Shown: positions 46,455-55,720, numbered from the stretch's first letter. The stretch is DNA of 64,000 bases from an uncultured bacterium (GCA_964413275.1 CAYPSO010000009.1:3399-67398), one strand, 5' to 3'. Translations and numbers: made by a program. The notes: generated from the letters alone by a model not told the origin.

Positions 46455-47402
46455 ATGCAGGTAGCAATTAGAGAACAAGTAACAACTATTCCTAAATTAC
46501 ATATTATGGAGCTTACACCTGAACAATTTCAAAAAAAATATCAGAATCAGGGATTGCCCGTAATTATTACCGGTGTTTTACCAGAGCAAGATTGGGATAT
46601 AGATTATTTAACTAAAAAATTAGAAAACTACGAATTTTTAGCCCGTATTTATGGTCGTCAAAGATATAACATTGACAAAAGAAAATGGGAAAATATTGGT
46701 AGTGGAGTAACAACTAAGAGCCTAAATTTTCAAAAATATGCTCAAATGTTACAGACCAAGGAAGCACATCAAGAAGATATTTATTTAGCTAAATGTCCTC
46801 TGAAAAATACTCCCTTAGCTGCTCAAGAAACTAACTTTAATTTACAGGAAAAATTGGGCTTGCCAAAACCAGTTAGTGACTTGAATATGTGGGCTGGACC
46901 TAGTGGTCATGTCGAATGTTTACATTACGACACTTTAGACGGCACATTAATGCAGTTACATGGAGCAAAAAAAATAGTTTTATTTCCTCCTTCCCAAACG
47001 AATAATTTATATCCATTCCCGATTTATTTACATTTTATTCATGGTTTAAAATTGCGATCGTGGTTTAGCCAAGTATATCCAGAAAAACCAGATTTTCAAG
47101 CTTTTCCTAAATTTGAAAAAGCTTTAGAGCATAAAAAAGAAGTTATTTTAAATCAAGGAGAAATTCTTTTTATTCCGGTGGGCTGGTGGCACGAAGTAAC
47201 AGCTTTAGGTGACGAGATGGTATGTTCTGTAAATCGTTTTTGGCCCGTTAAACCTAAACATAGGGTATTTTTATCTTGGATTGCATGGCGCACTTATTTA
47301 GGCTTTTTGTTCTCTATGCCTCATATCTTGATTAAGTTAATTAGGGCAATTTTTAGTAAAAATAGAAAAGAAGAGATAAGTAAAATTATGAGAATGTTTT
47401 AA
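46455..47402 (+). CDS. JmjC/cupin-8 domain protein (Fe(II)/2-oxoglutarate oxygenase-like)
   Basis: HxD...H facial triad context: GHVECLHYDTLDG...IPVGWWHEVTALG. The tail is basic and hydrophobic. Confidence 0.75.
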   Translation: MQVAIREQVTTIPKLHIMELTPEQFQKKYQNQGLPVIITGVLPEQDWDIDYLTKKLENYEFLARIYGRQRYNIDKRKWENIGSGVTTKSLNFQKYAQMLQTKEAHQEDIYLAKCPLKNTPLAAQETNFNLQEKLGLPKPVSDLNMWAGPSGHVECLHYDTLDGTLMQLHGAKKIVLFPPSQTNNLYPFPIYLHFIHGLKLRSWFSQVYPEKPDFQAFPKFEKALEHKKEVILNQGEILFIPVGWWHEVTALGDEMVCSVNRFWPVKPKHRVFLSWIAWRTYLGFLFSMPHILIKLIRAIFSKNRKEEISKIMRMF

Positions 47403-47485
47403 TTTTTGGTTATTTTTTATTAGTCATTAATAATCGCAATTAACTGATTACTGAAGAATGGGCGCACATAATGCACCCCTATCAA

Positions 47486-48661
47486 TCATTTACTAATTAA
47501 TGGTAATAAACCCGATAACATAGCAATAATTGCAGCACCATAAAAAACAGATTCTAGACCATTCATAGCAAGAATTGGACTGAGAATAACTGGAGCAAAA
47601 AATTGACCTAAAAATCCACATCCAGTCCCCGCAGCTAGTACGGTAGATTGAAATTTTTGGGGTGCAATATTGGCTAAAACACTATATAGATTTGGCAGAA
47701 CTAAACCAAATCCCATACCAAAAAAAATAGCTGTGAGAAAAACTAACTTAAAAACAGGAAGATTAGGCACAAGAATTAACATCAAAGCCATAGTACCAAA
47801 TCCTAATGCGATCGCTCCCTGTTGACTAATAATTTTAGCTAGATATTTAGCACCAATAGCAGAAATAATTGTTGCACCAACGGCTTTTAAAGCTAATACT
47901 AAACCATTTAATTCGGCGGTAGTATCAAAAGTATTTTTTAAGTAAAGAGGAGTATAAATAATAGCTGCATACATTACTAAAGAAGCAAGAGCTATAGTCA
48001 CCAATAAATACCAAACCTTACTATTACTTAATAATTCCTTAATATCACCACTCAAACTAAATGATTGTGACTTTTTATGGAGATTTTCCTGATTTGAAAA
48101 AACCAATTCTCCCAGAATACCTAAAGGAATAGCTAGTGCATAAAGATAAAAAGCAAATTTCCAATTACTCGAACCAATTAATCCGCCCAATAAAGGGTAA
48201 ATCATACCCGTAATAGTAAGAGTAGCAGTAGCATAACCGATGGCAGTTTGACGATTTTCCCCTTCATACATTTGGGCTAATAAACCTAAACTAGCTGCGG
48301 CAATTGCCCCGGCGGCAGCACCTAACAAGGCACGGGTAAATAATAAAGTCCAAAAACCCGGCATAAATGCCCCTGCTACGCCAAATAGACCATAACAAAT
48401 CAAAGCAGGAACTAAAACCTTAGTTGGACTGATTTTATCGGCTAAAATACCCAAAAAAGGGCTAAATAAGGCAATAGTTAGGGAGTGCATACTCACCAAA
48501 CCACCTGCCAAAACTGGATCGATATTTAGATATTCAATAACATCTGGCAAGACAGGAGCAACTACTCCCCCGGCCATAGGAGTTAAAGAACCAGCAGCCA
48601 GGATGACAAATAGTCGATAATTATCCTGAACTAACATTTTACTTGTATTCAACATCCACAC
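47486..48661 (-). CDS. MFS transporter
   Basis: 391 aa, 12 predicted spans, Gly/Ala-rich helices. Confidence 0.75.
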   Translation of the reverse strand: MWMLNTSKMLVQDNYRLFVILAAGSLTPMAGGVVAPVLPDVIEYLNIDPVLAGGLVSMHSLTIALFSPFLGILADKISPTKVLVPALICYGLFGVAGAFMPGFWTLLFTRALLGAAAGAIAAASLGLLAQMYEGENRQTAIGYATATLTITGMIYPLLGGLIGSSNWKFAFYLYALAIPLGILGELVFSNQENLHKKSQSFSLSGDIKELLSNSKVWYLLVTIALASLVMYAAIIYTPLYLKNTFDTTAELNGLVLALKAVGATIISAIGAKYLAKIISQQGAIALGFGTMALMLILVPNLPVFKLVFLTAIFFGMGFGLVLPNLYSVLANIAPQKFQSTVLAAGTGCGFLGQFFAPVILSPILAMNGLESVFYGAAIIAMLSGLLPLISK

Positions 48662-48720
48662 ACCACAAATGGAACTTTTCCCATTGTAGCTGTTGGTAGT
48701 TATTTGTCATTAATTATATC

Positions 48721-49800
48721 TTATTGGTTATAATACTCAATAATTGCTTGAGCAATTTCTTCTGTGCCATTCTTTTTTATGGGTTTATCCTGTTGAGGAG
48801 CTTGGGGACTCTCATAGAGAAATTCCCAATTACCTTCAAATAAATCCTCTGGTTTAATTATTTGGTGATAAGCATAATTTTTAATACCTTCTAATAAAAG
48901 AGGTGTTTCCGCAAAATCATCCCTAGTTATTGAGATCAGAGGAACATCTAAACCAAGAGCTTCAGCAAAGGTACTATATCCCGGTTTAGAAACTACTTTA
49001 GCGCAAAGGGGCATAAAATCAACTGGCCTATAGGCCGTTTCAGTTACCTTAACCAAATTAGGCAGATTGGGTGCAAGGCGATCGAAAGTGATAAATTGCC
49101 AATCAGAAAACAAACTTAAATTATCATAGGGAATTGCTTCTAATCCTAAGCCACCAAAGGTGAGTAGAATAGTTTTTTCTTGAGGAGAAGTGAGATTAAA
49201 TTTAGTTTTTAACTCATCTAAATTGTATTGAGGAACACCACCAGTTAAACCAACATCAGTGATATTATTAAAAGCAGTCATAGGTTCGTGCATGGGCAAG
49301 CGAAAAAGGCGATCGCACTTTTGATAAGATTGTTGACACCAATGGGCAATATCCTTAAATTCACTACCCCAAGCTCTGTAAATATAATCCCAACCAAAAT
49401 TACTCATCATCCAACCAGGAATATTGGCAGTTTTAGCTAGACTCGCAGCCAAAGGAGGAATATCAGCTAAAACTAAATCAACTTGATTCGTTTTTAAATA
49501 ATTAACTTCCCTCGCAATAATCGAGTTTTGTTGGTTAATAATTTGCTGCATTTTTTCTTTAGTGGCTGCCTTATCCATCTTCAAACTATCAGATTGAATA
49601 ACTCCCACATCAAAACTGACTGGGCGATGAATAAAATCAGCTTGAATATAAGATTCTAATAACCAATGGGGTGCAGTTGTCGCTAAAATTACCACAATAT
49701 CGGGTCTTAGTTGTTTGATTTGATTTGCCACAGAACAAGCACGTACAGCATGACCAAAACCATGACTAGTAACAGCAATATATAAGATATTTGTTGACAT
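48721..49800 (-). CDS. GT-B glycosyltransferase (GT1/GT28-like, MJ1255-type)
   Basis: The N-terminus ILYIAVTSHGFGHAVRA is typical of the UDP-glycosyltransferase/MurG-like fold. It lies 59 nt upstream of the MFS gene on the same strand. Confidence 0.6.
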   Translation of the reverse strand: MSTNILYIAVTSHGFGHAVRACSVANQIKQLRPDIVVILATTAPHWLLESYIQADFIHRPVSFDVGVIQSDSLKMDKAATKEKMQQIINQQNSIIAREVNYLKTNQVDLVLADIPPLAASLAKTANIPGWMMSNFGWDYIYRAWGSEFKDIAHWCQQSYQKCDRLFRLPMHEPMTAFNNITDVGLTGGVPQYNLDELKTKFNLTSPQEKTILLTFGGLGLEAIPYDNLSLFSDWQFITFDRLAPNLPNLVKVTETAYRPVDFMPLCAKVVSKPGYSTFAEALGLDVPLISITRDDFAETPLLLEGIKNYAYHQIIKPEDLFEGNWEFLYESPQAPQQDKPIKKNGTEEIAQAIIEYYNQ

Positions 49801-50087
49801 AATTAATATATTAAAAAAAGTTATCAGCTTTTAATACTTGAATAATAGTTTTTTTTATGTTACCATTTATCAAAATTTTACTTAGTTTTACTTAAAGGGC
49901 AATGTTTATATTAGTGTTATAAAAAAGTGACAAAGGTTATGTATTTAGAATAACTAAAGATTGATTAATTCCTTTGTTTCTAGTTAAACCATATAAATAT
50001 AGTAATAACTTTCCTATTAATTTGATTTTGTCATTGATCTATATCACTGTTTGTTACTAATTAATCTAACCAAACTAGTCACCATCA

Positions 50088-50099
50088 AATCACGTGATT
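50088..50099. promoter_or_regulatory. Perfect 12-bp palindrome AATCACGTGATT, 73 nt upstream of the acyltransferase gene
   Basis: Read directly. It is the only such site in the 371-nt divergent intergenic region. Confidence 0.2.
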
Positions 50100-50171
50100 A
50101 TTAGTCATCTATTTGTTATATTATGCTCATGATAAATATAAACTCAAATCTATATATTACACATAGGGGTA

Positions 50172-50945
50172 TTGACAATTATGGATAACTTGAATCTTAG
50201 TAGCCATTTCTCTAATTACTTTAGTATTTCTATTGCTGACACACCACAACTCAGAGAAGAAGTATTTCGCATTCGTTACCAAGTCTATTGTCAAGAACTT
50301 GGATATGAGCCTTTAGATAAATTTCCCGATCGCATGGAAAAAGATGCTTACGATCCTCGCTCCATCCATTGTTTACTAAAATATAAACCAGATGACATTT
50401 ATGCAGGATGTGTTCGTTTAGTTTTATCCGATCCCAAAAAGCCTGATGCTAATTTCCCCTTTGAAAACGTTTGTCAAGATCATTTAATTAATTTTGAGGA
50501 AACACCTCGCTCAATATTGGGAGAAGTCTCTCGTCTAGCTGTAATTGCTCAATTTCGTAAACGGGAAGGAGAGCAAAAAACCCCAGGAGGTTTGATTATA
50601 TTTGACGAGAAAAAGAAACAAATGGAAGAAGAATCTAAAAAACGTCGTTTTCCTATAATCGCTTTAAGTTTATATTTAGCAGCAACTAGCTTAACTGTAG
50701 AACGAGATATTCAATATGCCATAACCTTAATGGAACCAAGACTAGCACGTCATTTGCGCATGAGTGGTCTGACATCTCGCCCTGTAGGAAGTTTAATAGA
50801 TTTTCATGGAAAACGTGGCCCATTCGCCATTACAGTGGCAGAAGTTGTCAATAATATTAGTAAAAATCCAGAACTGAGTGATTTATTTCAAAATATACAA
50901 GATAGTATAAGGGGGTGTCTTTCGAGTAAGCGACTTTCTGCCTGA
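50172..50945 (+). CDS. GNAT-fold N-acyl amino acid synthase-like acyltransferase (PEP-CTERM/exosortase-associated acyltransferase family, LuxI-fold relatives)
   Basis: FSISIADTPQLREEVFRIRYQVYCQELGYEP...EKDAYDPRSIHCLLKY...YAGCVRLVL...GEVSRLAV follows the NAS/TIGR03694 pattern as I recall it. The real start may be the ATG at 50181. Confidence 0.6.
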   Translation: MTIMDNLNLSSHFSNYFSISIADTPQLREEVFRIRYQVYCQELGYEPLDKFPDRMEKDAYDPRSIHCLLKYKPDDIYAGCVRLVLSDPKKPDANFPFENVCQDHLINFEETPRSILGEVSRLAVIAQFRKREGEQKTPGGLIIFDEKKKQMEEESKKRRFPIIALSLYLAATSLTVERDIQYAITLMEPRLARHLRMSGLTSRPVGSLIDFHGKRGPFAITVAEVVNNISKNPELSDLFQNIQDSIRGCLSSKRLSA

Positions 50946-50953
50946 GGGGTTTT

Positions 50954-52552
50954 ATGAATATAAATAGCGCTGTCACTGCCTGGAGTGAAGTTTTAAAACC
51001 TGAAAATGTTCTCACAGAAGATTTACTTCTGAAGGAGAACCAAACAGCAACCTTCTTAACTCATCAGCGAATTTGTGCTGTATTACGTCCAAGTACATCA
51101 GAACAAGTACAAGAATGCGTAAAAATTGCTAACAAATACGAAGTTCCTATTTATCCATTAAGCAGTGGCAAAAACTGGGGCTATGGTTCAAGAGTTCCAG
51201 TAAGTGATAATTGCGCTTTAATAGAATTATCAAAACTAAGTCGTATTGTTGACTTTAGCGAAGAACTTGCCTATGTAACTGTAGAAGCAGGAGTTACTCA
51301 ACGTCAATTATATAATTTTCTTCAAGCACAAAAATCTGCTCTTTGGCTTGATTGTAATGGTTCTTCTATAGATACTAGCCTAGTTGGTAATACGATGGAG
51401 CGAGGTTTTGGCCATACCCCCTATGGCGATCATTTTGCTCAGGTTTGTGGTTTAGAGGTAATTTTACCCACAGGTGAAATTATCCATACTGGTTTTGGTA
51501 AATTTCCTAATGCTAACTCTACTCCCGTTTATCGTTGGGGTGTTGGGCCCTATTTAGATGGATTGTTTACTCAATCAAACTTAGGTATTGTCACTAAGAT
51601 GACTATTTGGTTAATGCCTGCACCCGAACATTTTGAAGCATTTTTTTTCAGTATTGCTGAAGATAGCCAATTAGCAGATTTAATTGATGCCTTACGCCCT
51701 CTACGTCTTGATGGCACAATTAAAAGTGCAGTACATATTGGCAATGACTATAAAGTTTTATGCGCTTTAACTCAATATCCTTGGGAAGAAACTGGAGGAG
51801 TTACTCCATTACCACAACAGGTAATGAATAAATTTGCCAAGGAGTGGGATTTTTGTCCCTGGAATGGCTCTGGAGGAGTTTATGGTACAAAAAGACAAGT
51901 GGCTGAAGCAAAAAGATTAATTTCTCGCGCTCTTACAGGTAAAGTAAAAAAATTACAGTTTTTAAGCGATCGCACCATTAAACTAGCAAATACTATTGCT
52001 AAACCCCTAAAAAGTTTAACCGGTTCTCATTTACCAGAATTACTCAATTTAATGTATCCTGTTTACGGTTTAATGAAGGGAGTACCTACTAATACTCAAC
52101 TTGCTAGTACCTATTGGCGTAAGAAAATTCCTGTTCCTGAAGATAAAAATCCAGATAGGGATGGTTGTGGTTTAATTTGGTGTGCCCCTGTAGCTCCTAT
52201 GTTAGGAAAACATGGAGCAGAAATTAATAGAATTACTCAAGAAATATTATTTAAGTATAAATTTGAACCTCAAATATCTATTACTTTATTAACGGAAAGA
52301 GTAATAGGTTGTGTGATTACTATTGCTTACGATCGCAATATTTCGGGTGAAGATGAACAAGCTTTAAACTGTTATCAGGAATTAATTGATAAATTAACAG
52401 ACAGTGGTTATTATCCCTATCGTTTAGGTATTCATGGAATGGATACTATGACTAAAGGAGAAGACAGTTATAATAATTTGCTCAAAAGTATAAAAAATAA
52501 TTTAGATCCCCATAATATTCTCGCTCCAGGACGTTATATTCCCCAAAACTGA
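50954..52552 (+). CDS. FAD-binding (FAD_binding_4, VAO/PCMH-type) oxidoreductase
   Basis: LRPSTSEQVQECVKIANKYEVPIYPLSSGKNWGYGS, 532 aa. The start lies 8 nt after the acyltransferase stop. Confidence 0.8.
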   Translation: MNINSAVTAWSEVLKPENVLTEDLLLKENQTATFLTHQRICAVLRPSTSEQVQECVKIANKYEVPIYPLSSGKNWGYGSRVPVSDNCALIELSKLSRIVDFSEELAYVTVEAGVTQRQLYNFLQAQKSALWLDCNGSSIDTSLVGNTMERGFGHTPYGDHFAQVCGLEVILPTGEIIHTGFGKFPNANSTPVYRWGVGPYLDGLFTQSNLGIVTKMTIWLMPAPEHFEAFFFSIAEDSQLADLIDALRPLRLDGTIKSAVHIGNDYKVLCALTQYPWEETGGVTPLPQQVMNKFAKEWDFCPWNGSGGVYGTKRQVAEAKRLISRALTGKVKKLQFLSDRTIKLANTIAKPLKSLTGSHLPELLNLMYPVYGLMKGVPTNTQLASTYWRKKIPVPEDKNPDRDGCGLIWCAPVAPMLGKHGAEINRITQEILFKYKFEPQISITLLTERVIGCVITIAYDRNISGEDEQALNCYQELIDKLTDSGYYPYRLGIHGMDTMTKGEDSYNNLLKSIKNNLDPHNILAPGRYIPQN

Positions 52553-52578
52553 TCGCTGATTACTATATCATTAAAAAA

Positions 52579-53014
52579 GGAGAGAGTAGGCGAGGCAGTT
52601 GCAAATTAATCTAGAAATTAATTTGAGGAAAGTCCGGGCTCCCGAAAGACTAAACTTGCTGGGTAACGCCCAGTACGTGCGAGCGTGAGGACAGTGCCAC
52701 AGAAAAATACCGCCTTTTCATTGACCATTGAACATTTAACATTGAACAGAAAAAACTGATAAATGTTAAATAACAAATGATAACTGGAAAAGGTAAGGGT
52801 GCAACGGTGCGGTAAGAGCGTACCAGCAATATCGTGAGGTATTGGCTAGGTAAACCCCGGTTGGGTGCAAGGTCGGAGGATCGAGGGTTGGTCTTTTTCC
52901 CGATCCATTATTGGTGAACCGCTAGAGGTATTTGGTAACAAATATCCTAGATAGATAACTGCCCTCTTGTAATTTTACAGGAGAACAGAACCCGGCTTAT
53001 GTCCGACTCTCTCT
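52579..53014 (+). ncRNA. rnpB: RNase P RNA (bacterial type A) with an extended heptamer-repeat P12
   Basis: P1 pairs GAGAGAGT with ACTCTCTC. The conserved blocks GAGGAAAGTCCGGGCTCC, AGTGCCACAGAAAAATACCGCC, GGTAAGGGTGCAACGGTGCGGTAAGAGCG and ACAGAACCCGGCTTATG are all present. A T9 run follows. Confidence 0.9.
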
Positions 53015-53036
53015 TTTTTTTTACTGATTAATCAAT

Positions 53037-53789
53037 TTGTCTATGGGTGTATTAGATCCTCGTCGAAACAAAGAATTAACAAAGTTAGTTGAAAAGCTAG
53101 GTTTAACTGATTTATCTAAAATTGATTGGGTTTTATTAGATTTAGCTCTTATTCATTCGAGTATTTCTCCTCAGACTAATTACGAACAACTAGAATTTGT
53201 TGGTGATTCTGTAGTACGTTTACTTGCTTCAGAAATTTTACTCGAAACTTATCCTAATTCCCTTGTGGGGGAATTTGCAGCTATTCGTTCTATGTTAGTT
53301 AGCGATCGCACTTTAGCGGAATTTGCTGAAATTTATGGTTTAGAACGTTATTTAATTATGAGTGATAGTGCCGCCGCCGATAGTGGCGGAAAAACTTCTA
53401 TACTTGCAGATGCTTTTGAAGCCATTTTAGGTGCGCTCTATTTAAGCACTAAAACTATGGCTTTGATTGATCCTTGGTTAATTCCTTTGCTTAAAGAAAA
53501 AGCAGCAGAAATTCGCTCAGATCCAGCCTTGCAAAATTATAAAGATGCTTTACAAGCATGGTCTCAAGCTCAATATAAAATCCTACCAAAATATAAAGTA
53601 CAACAAAATAACCAAGAAAATAAACCAGAAAAACGCTTTATTGCAGAAGTATGGTTAAAAAACGAGCTTTTAGGCCAAGGAAAAGGTCGTTCTAAAAAAT
53701 CGGCTGAACAAGCCGCAGCTAAGGAAGCTTTTTTATCACTTGAGTTACATCGCTTTGTTAAAAAATATAGTGCTACACCCACAACCTAG
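53037..53789 (+). CDS. rnc: Ribonuclease III (the probable true start is the ATG at 53043)
   Basis: NYEQLEFVGDSVVRLLASE...ADAFEAILGALYL, plus a C-terminal dsRBD (KDALQAWSQAQYKILPKYKV...GKGRSKKSAEQAAAKEAF). Confidence 0.9.
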   Translation: MSMGVLDPRRNKELTKLVEKLGLTDLSKIDWVLLDLALIHSSISPQTNYEQLEFVGDSVVRLLASEILLETYPNSLVGEFAAIRSMLVSDRTLAEFAEIYGLERYLIMSDSAAADSGGKTSILADAFEAILGALYLSTKTMALIDPWLIPLLKEKAAEIRSDPALQNYKDALQAWSQAQYKILPKYKVQQNNQENKPEKRFIAEVWLKNELLGQGKGRSKKSAEQAAAKEAFLSLELHRFVKKYSATPTT

Positions 53790-53809
53790 GCGATTTTTCC
53801 GAAAACTTA

Positions 53810-53948
53810 TCTCCCTTCGGGAGAGGCAACAGGGAACAGGCAACGGGCAACAGTAAGAGTTGAGTTTTCCAGTTTTGTTCTTTGTTCCCTGTTGCCTTGA
53901 AAATTTATAATTCATAACTTATTAACTTTTCCCCTTTCCCTGTTGCCT
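53810..53948. repeat. TCTCCC-TTCG-GGGAGA hairpin, then a heptamer array (GGCAACA GGGAACA GGCAACG GGCAACA) with two inverted partial copies (TGTTCCCTGTTGCC)
   Basis: Read directly at 53810-53824, 53825-53853, 53883-53896 and 53935-53948. Confidence 0.7.
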
Positions 53949-54095
53949 TGAATGAACATCAAACTTACCTACTAATCAATAATTTGACAAAACTTAATCT
54001 AAATTGTTAAATTATACGTAGTCGTTATGAGTTTATATTAGCTAAATAATTTTAGAAAAAAACATATTCTCAAGTATTAATGGAGCAATAATCTT

Positions 54096-54641
54096 ATGGT
54101 TAAAATTGTTGGTATTGGAGGGAGTTTACGGGAACAATCTTCCAGTTTTCAAGCTTTAGAACTAGCTTGTATGAGGGTTGAAGCTATTGGTGCAGCAGTG
54201 GAAATTCTAGACTTGCGGACAATGCAATTACCTTTTTGTCATGGTGGTGAGGATTATAATCAGTTTCCCGATGTAGCCCGTTTGCAAAATACGGTTAAGG
54301 AAGCGGATGGTTTAATTTTAGCCACACCAGAATATCATGGATCGGTCAGTGGCGTATTAAAAAATGCTTTAGATTTAATGAGTTTTGAGCATTTATCAGG
54401 AAAAATGACTGGTTTAATTAGTGTTTTAGGTGGACAGCCTAACAGTAACGCCCTTAATGATTTACGCTTAATCATGCGATGGGTTCACGCCTGGGTAATT
54501 CCTGAGCAAATTGCCATTGGTCAAGCGTGGAAAGCTTTTAGTGAAGATGGTAAATTAATAGATGAAAAATTATCTCAAAGGTTCGATCAATTTGCTCAAA
54601 GTTTAGTAGCAAATACCCGCAAACTAAAAGGAATTAATTAA
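54096..54641 (+). CDS. NAD(P)H-dependent FMN reductase family protein
   Basis: MVKIVGIGGSLREQSSS...ATPEYHGSVSGVLKNALD. Confidence 0.8.
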   Translation: MVKIVGIGGSLREQSSSFQALELACMRVEAIGAAVEILDLRTMQLPFCHGGEDYNQFPDVARLQNTVKEADGLILATPEYHGSVSGVLKNALDLMSFEHLSGKMTGLISVLGGQPNSNALNDLRLIMRWVHAWVIPEQIAIGQAWKAFSEDGKLIDEKLSQRFDQFAQSLVANTRKLKGIN

Positions 54642-54668
54642 TTTTGTGTGACTACTTGACATATCCTG

Positions 54669-54693
54669 GGGGCAGCAATAATATTGCTGCCCC
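54669..54693. terminator. Palindrome GGGGCAGCAATA-A-TATTGCTGCCCC between convergent genes (family 'GGGGCWG')
   Basis: Read directly: a 12-bp perfect stem. It lies between the FMN reductase stop (54641) and the ubiA stop (54716). Confidence 0.5.
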
Positions 54694-54715
54694 TACACCA
54701 ATCAGGAAGCCCTAA

Positions 54716-55603
54716 TTAGGAACTAAAAATCATACTACCTAATAAGATAAACCCAATAACTACATTTTCTTGAAAAATTCCTCCATAAACAGGCTTAGGA
54801 ATATTATTTTGTTTTAAACGCCAATATTGCCAGAACCATCCTAATAAAGCTAGAGTCCATCCGCTCCAAAAAATTGGATTTAAGCCCATTTTTTTGCATA
54901 AATAAGCTAAGAAAATAGCAGTTAAGACAAAAAACACTCCTACAGCTTCAGCAGCATAATTACCAAAAAAAATAGCACTAGAATTAATCCCAATTTCTAG
55001 GTCATCTTCCCTATCGGACATGGCATAAACAGTATCAAAACCCAGAGTCCAAAATATAGTTGCCAACCATAATAACCAAGTTGCAGTGTTTAAATTACCA
55101 GTTACCGCAGTCCAACTAATTAAAACAGCAAAACCCCAAGCAATAGATAGCACCAGTTGAGGAATAGGAAAAATCCTTTTAGCCAGAGGATAACAAATAA
55201 TTATAGGTACGGCAGCAACAGATAACAATAAACTTAAGGGTTTAAGATAAAAAGCTAATATTGCAGCACAAAATAAAGAAACTATAGCAACAATTAAACC
55301 AACCTTAACAGAGAGCGCGCGACTAGCAAGAGGTCTATTTTTAGTTCTTTCTACTTGAGGATCGATATTTCTATCCCACAAATCATTAATAACACAACCA
55401 GCAGCAGAAGTAGCTAGACTGCCCAAAATAATTACCCCCACTAAAGGTAAAGGAGGTTTTCCCTCTCCAGCTAAAAAAACTGCCCAAAGAGCAGGTATCA
55501 TTAAAATTAATCTCCCTGCGGGTTTATCCCAACGTAATAAACGTATAATCGAAGACCAAGTATTAACTTCGGAGTTTAAAGACTTCTGAGTTACCATTGT
55601 CAA
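54716..55603 (-). CDS. ubiA: 4-hydroxybenzoate polyprenyl(solanesyl)transferase, UbiA family (plastoquinone pathway in cyanobacteria)
   Basis: INDLWDRNIDPQVERTKNRPLASRALS...a second Asp-rich motif (YAMSDREDD), and about 8 TM spans. Confidence 0.85.
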   Translation of the reverse strand: MTMVTQKSLNSEVNTWSSIIRLLRWDKPAGRLILMIPALWAVFLAGEGKPPLPLVGVIILGSLATSAAGCVINDLWDRNIDPQVERTKNRPLASRALSVKVGLIVAIVSLFCAAILAFYLKPLSLLLSVAAVPIIICYPLAKRIFPIPQLVLSIAWGFAVLISWTAVTGNLNTATWLLWLATIFWTLGFDTVYAMSDREDDLEIGINSSAIFFGNYAAEAVGVFFVLTAIFLAYLCKKMGLNPIFWSGWTLALLGWFWQYWRLKQNNIPKPVYGGIFQENVVIGFILLGSMIFSS

Positions 55604-55720
55604 ATTTTGATAAATTTTTAAGTTATATCTTTATTGTTTAACACTAGAGGGAAATTGTTAGAAACAACAATTGCAATATTGTTTGAATAAATTATAAAAC
55701 ATTAAATTGAGTTAAAAATA

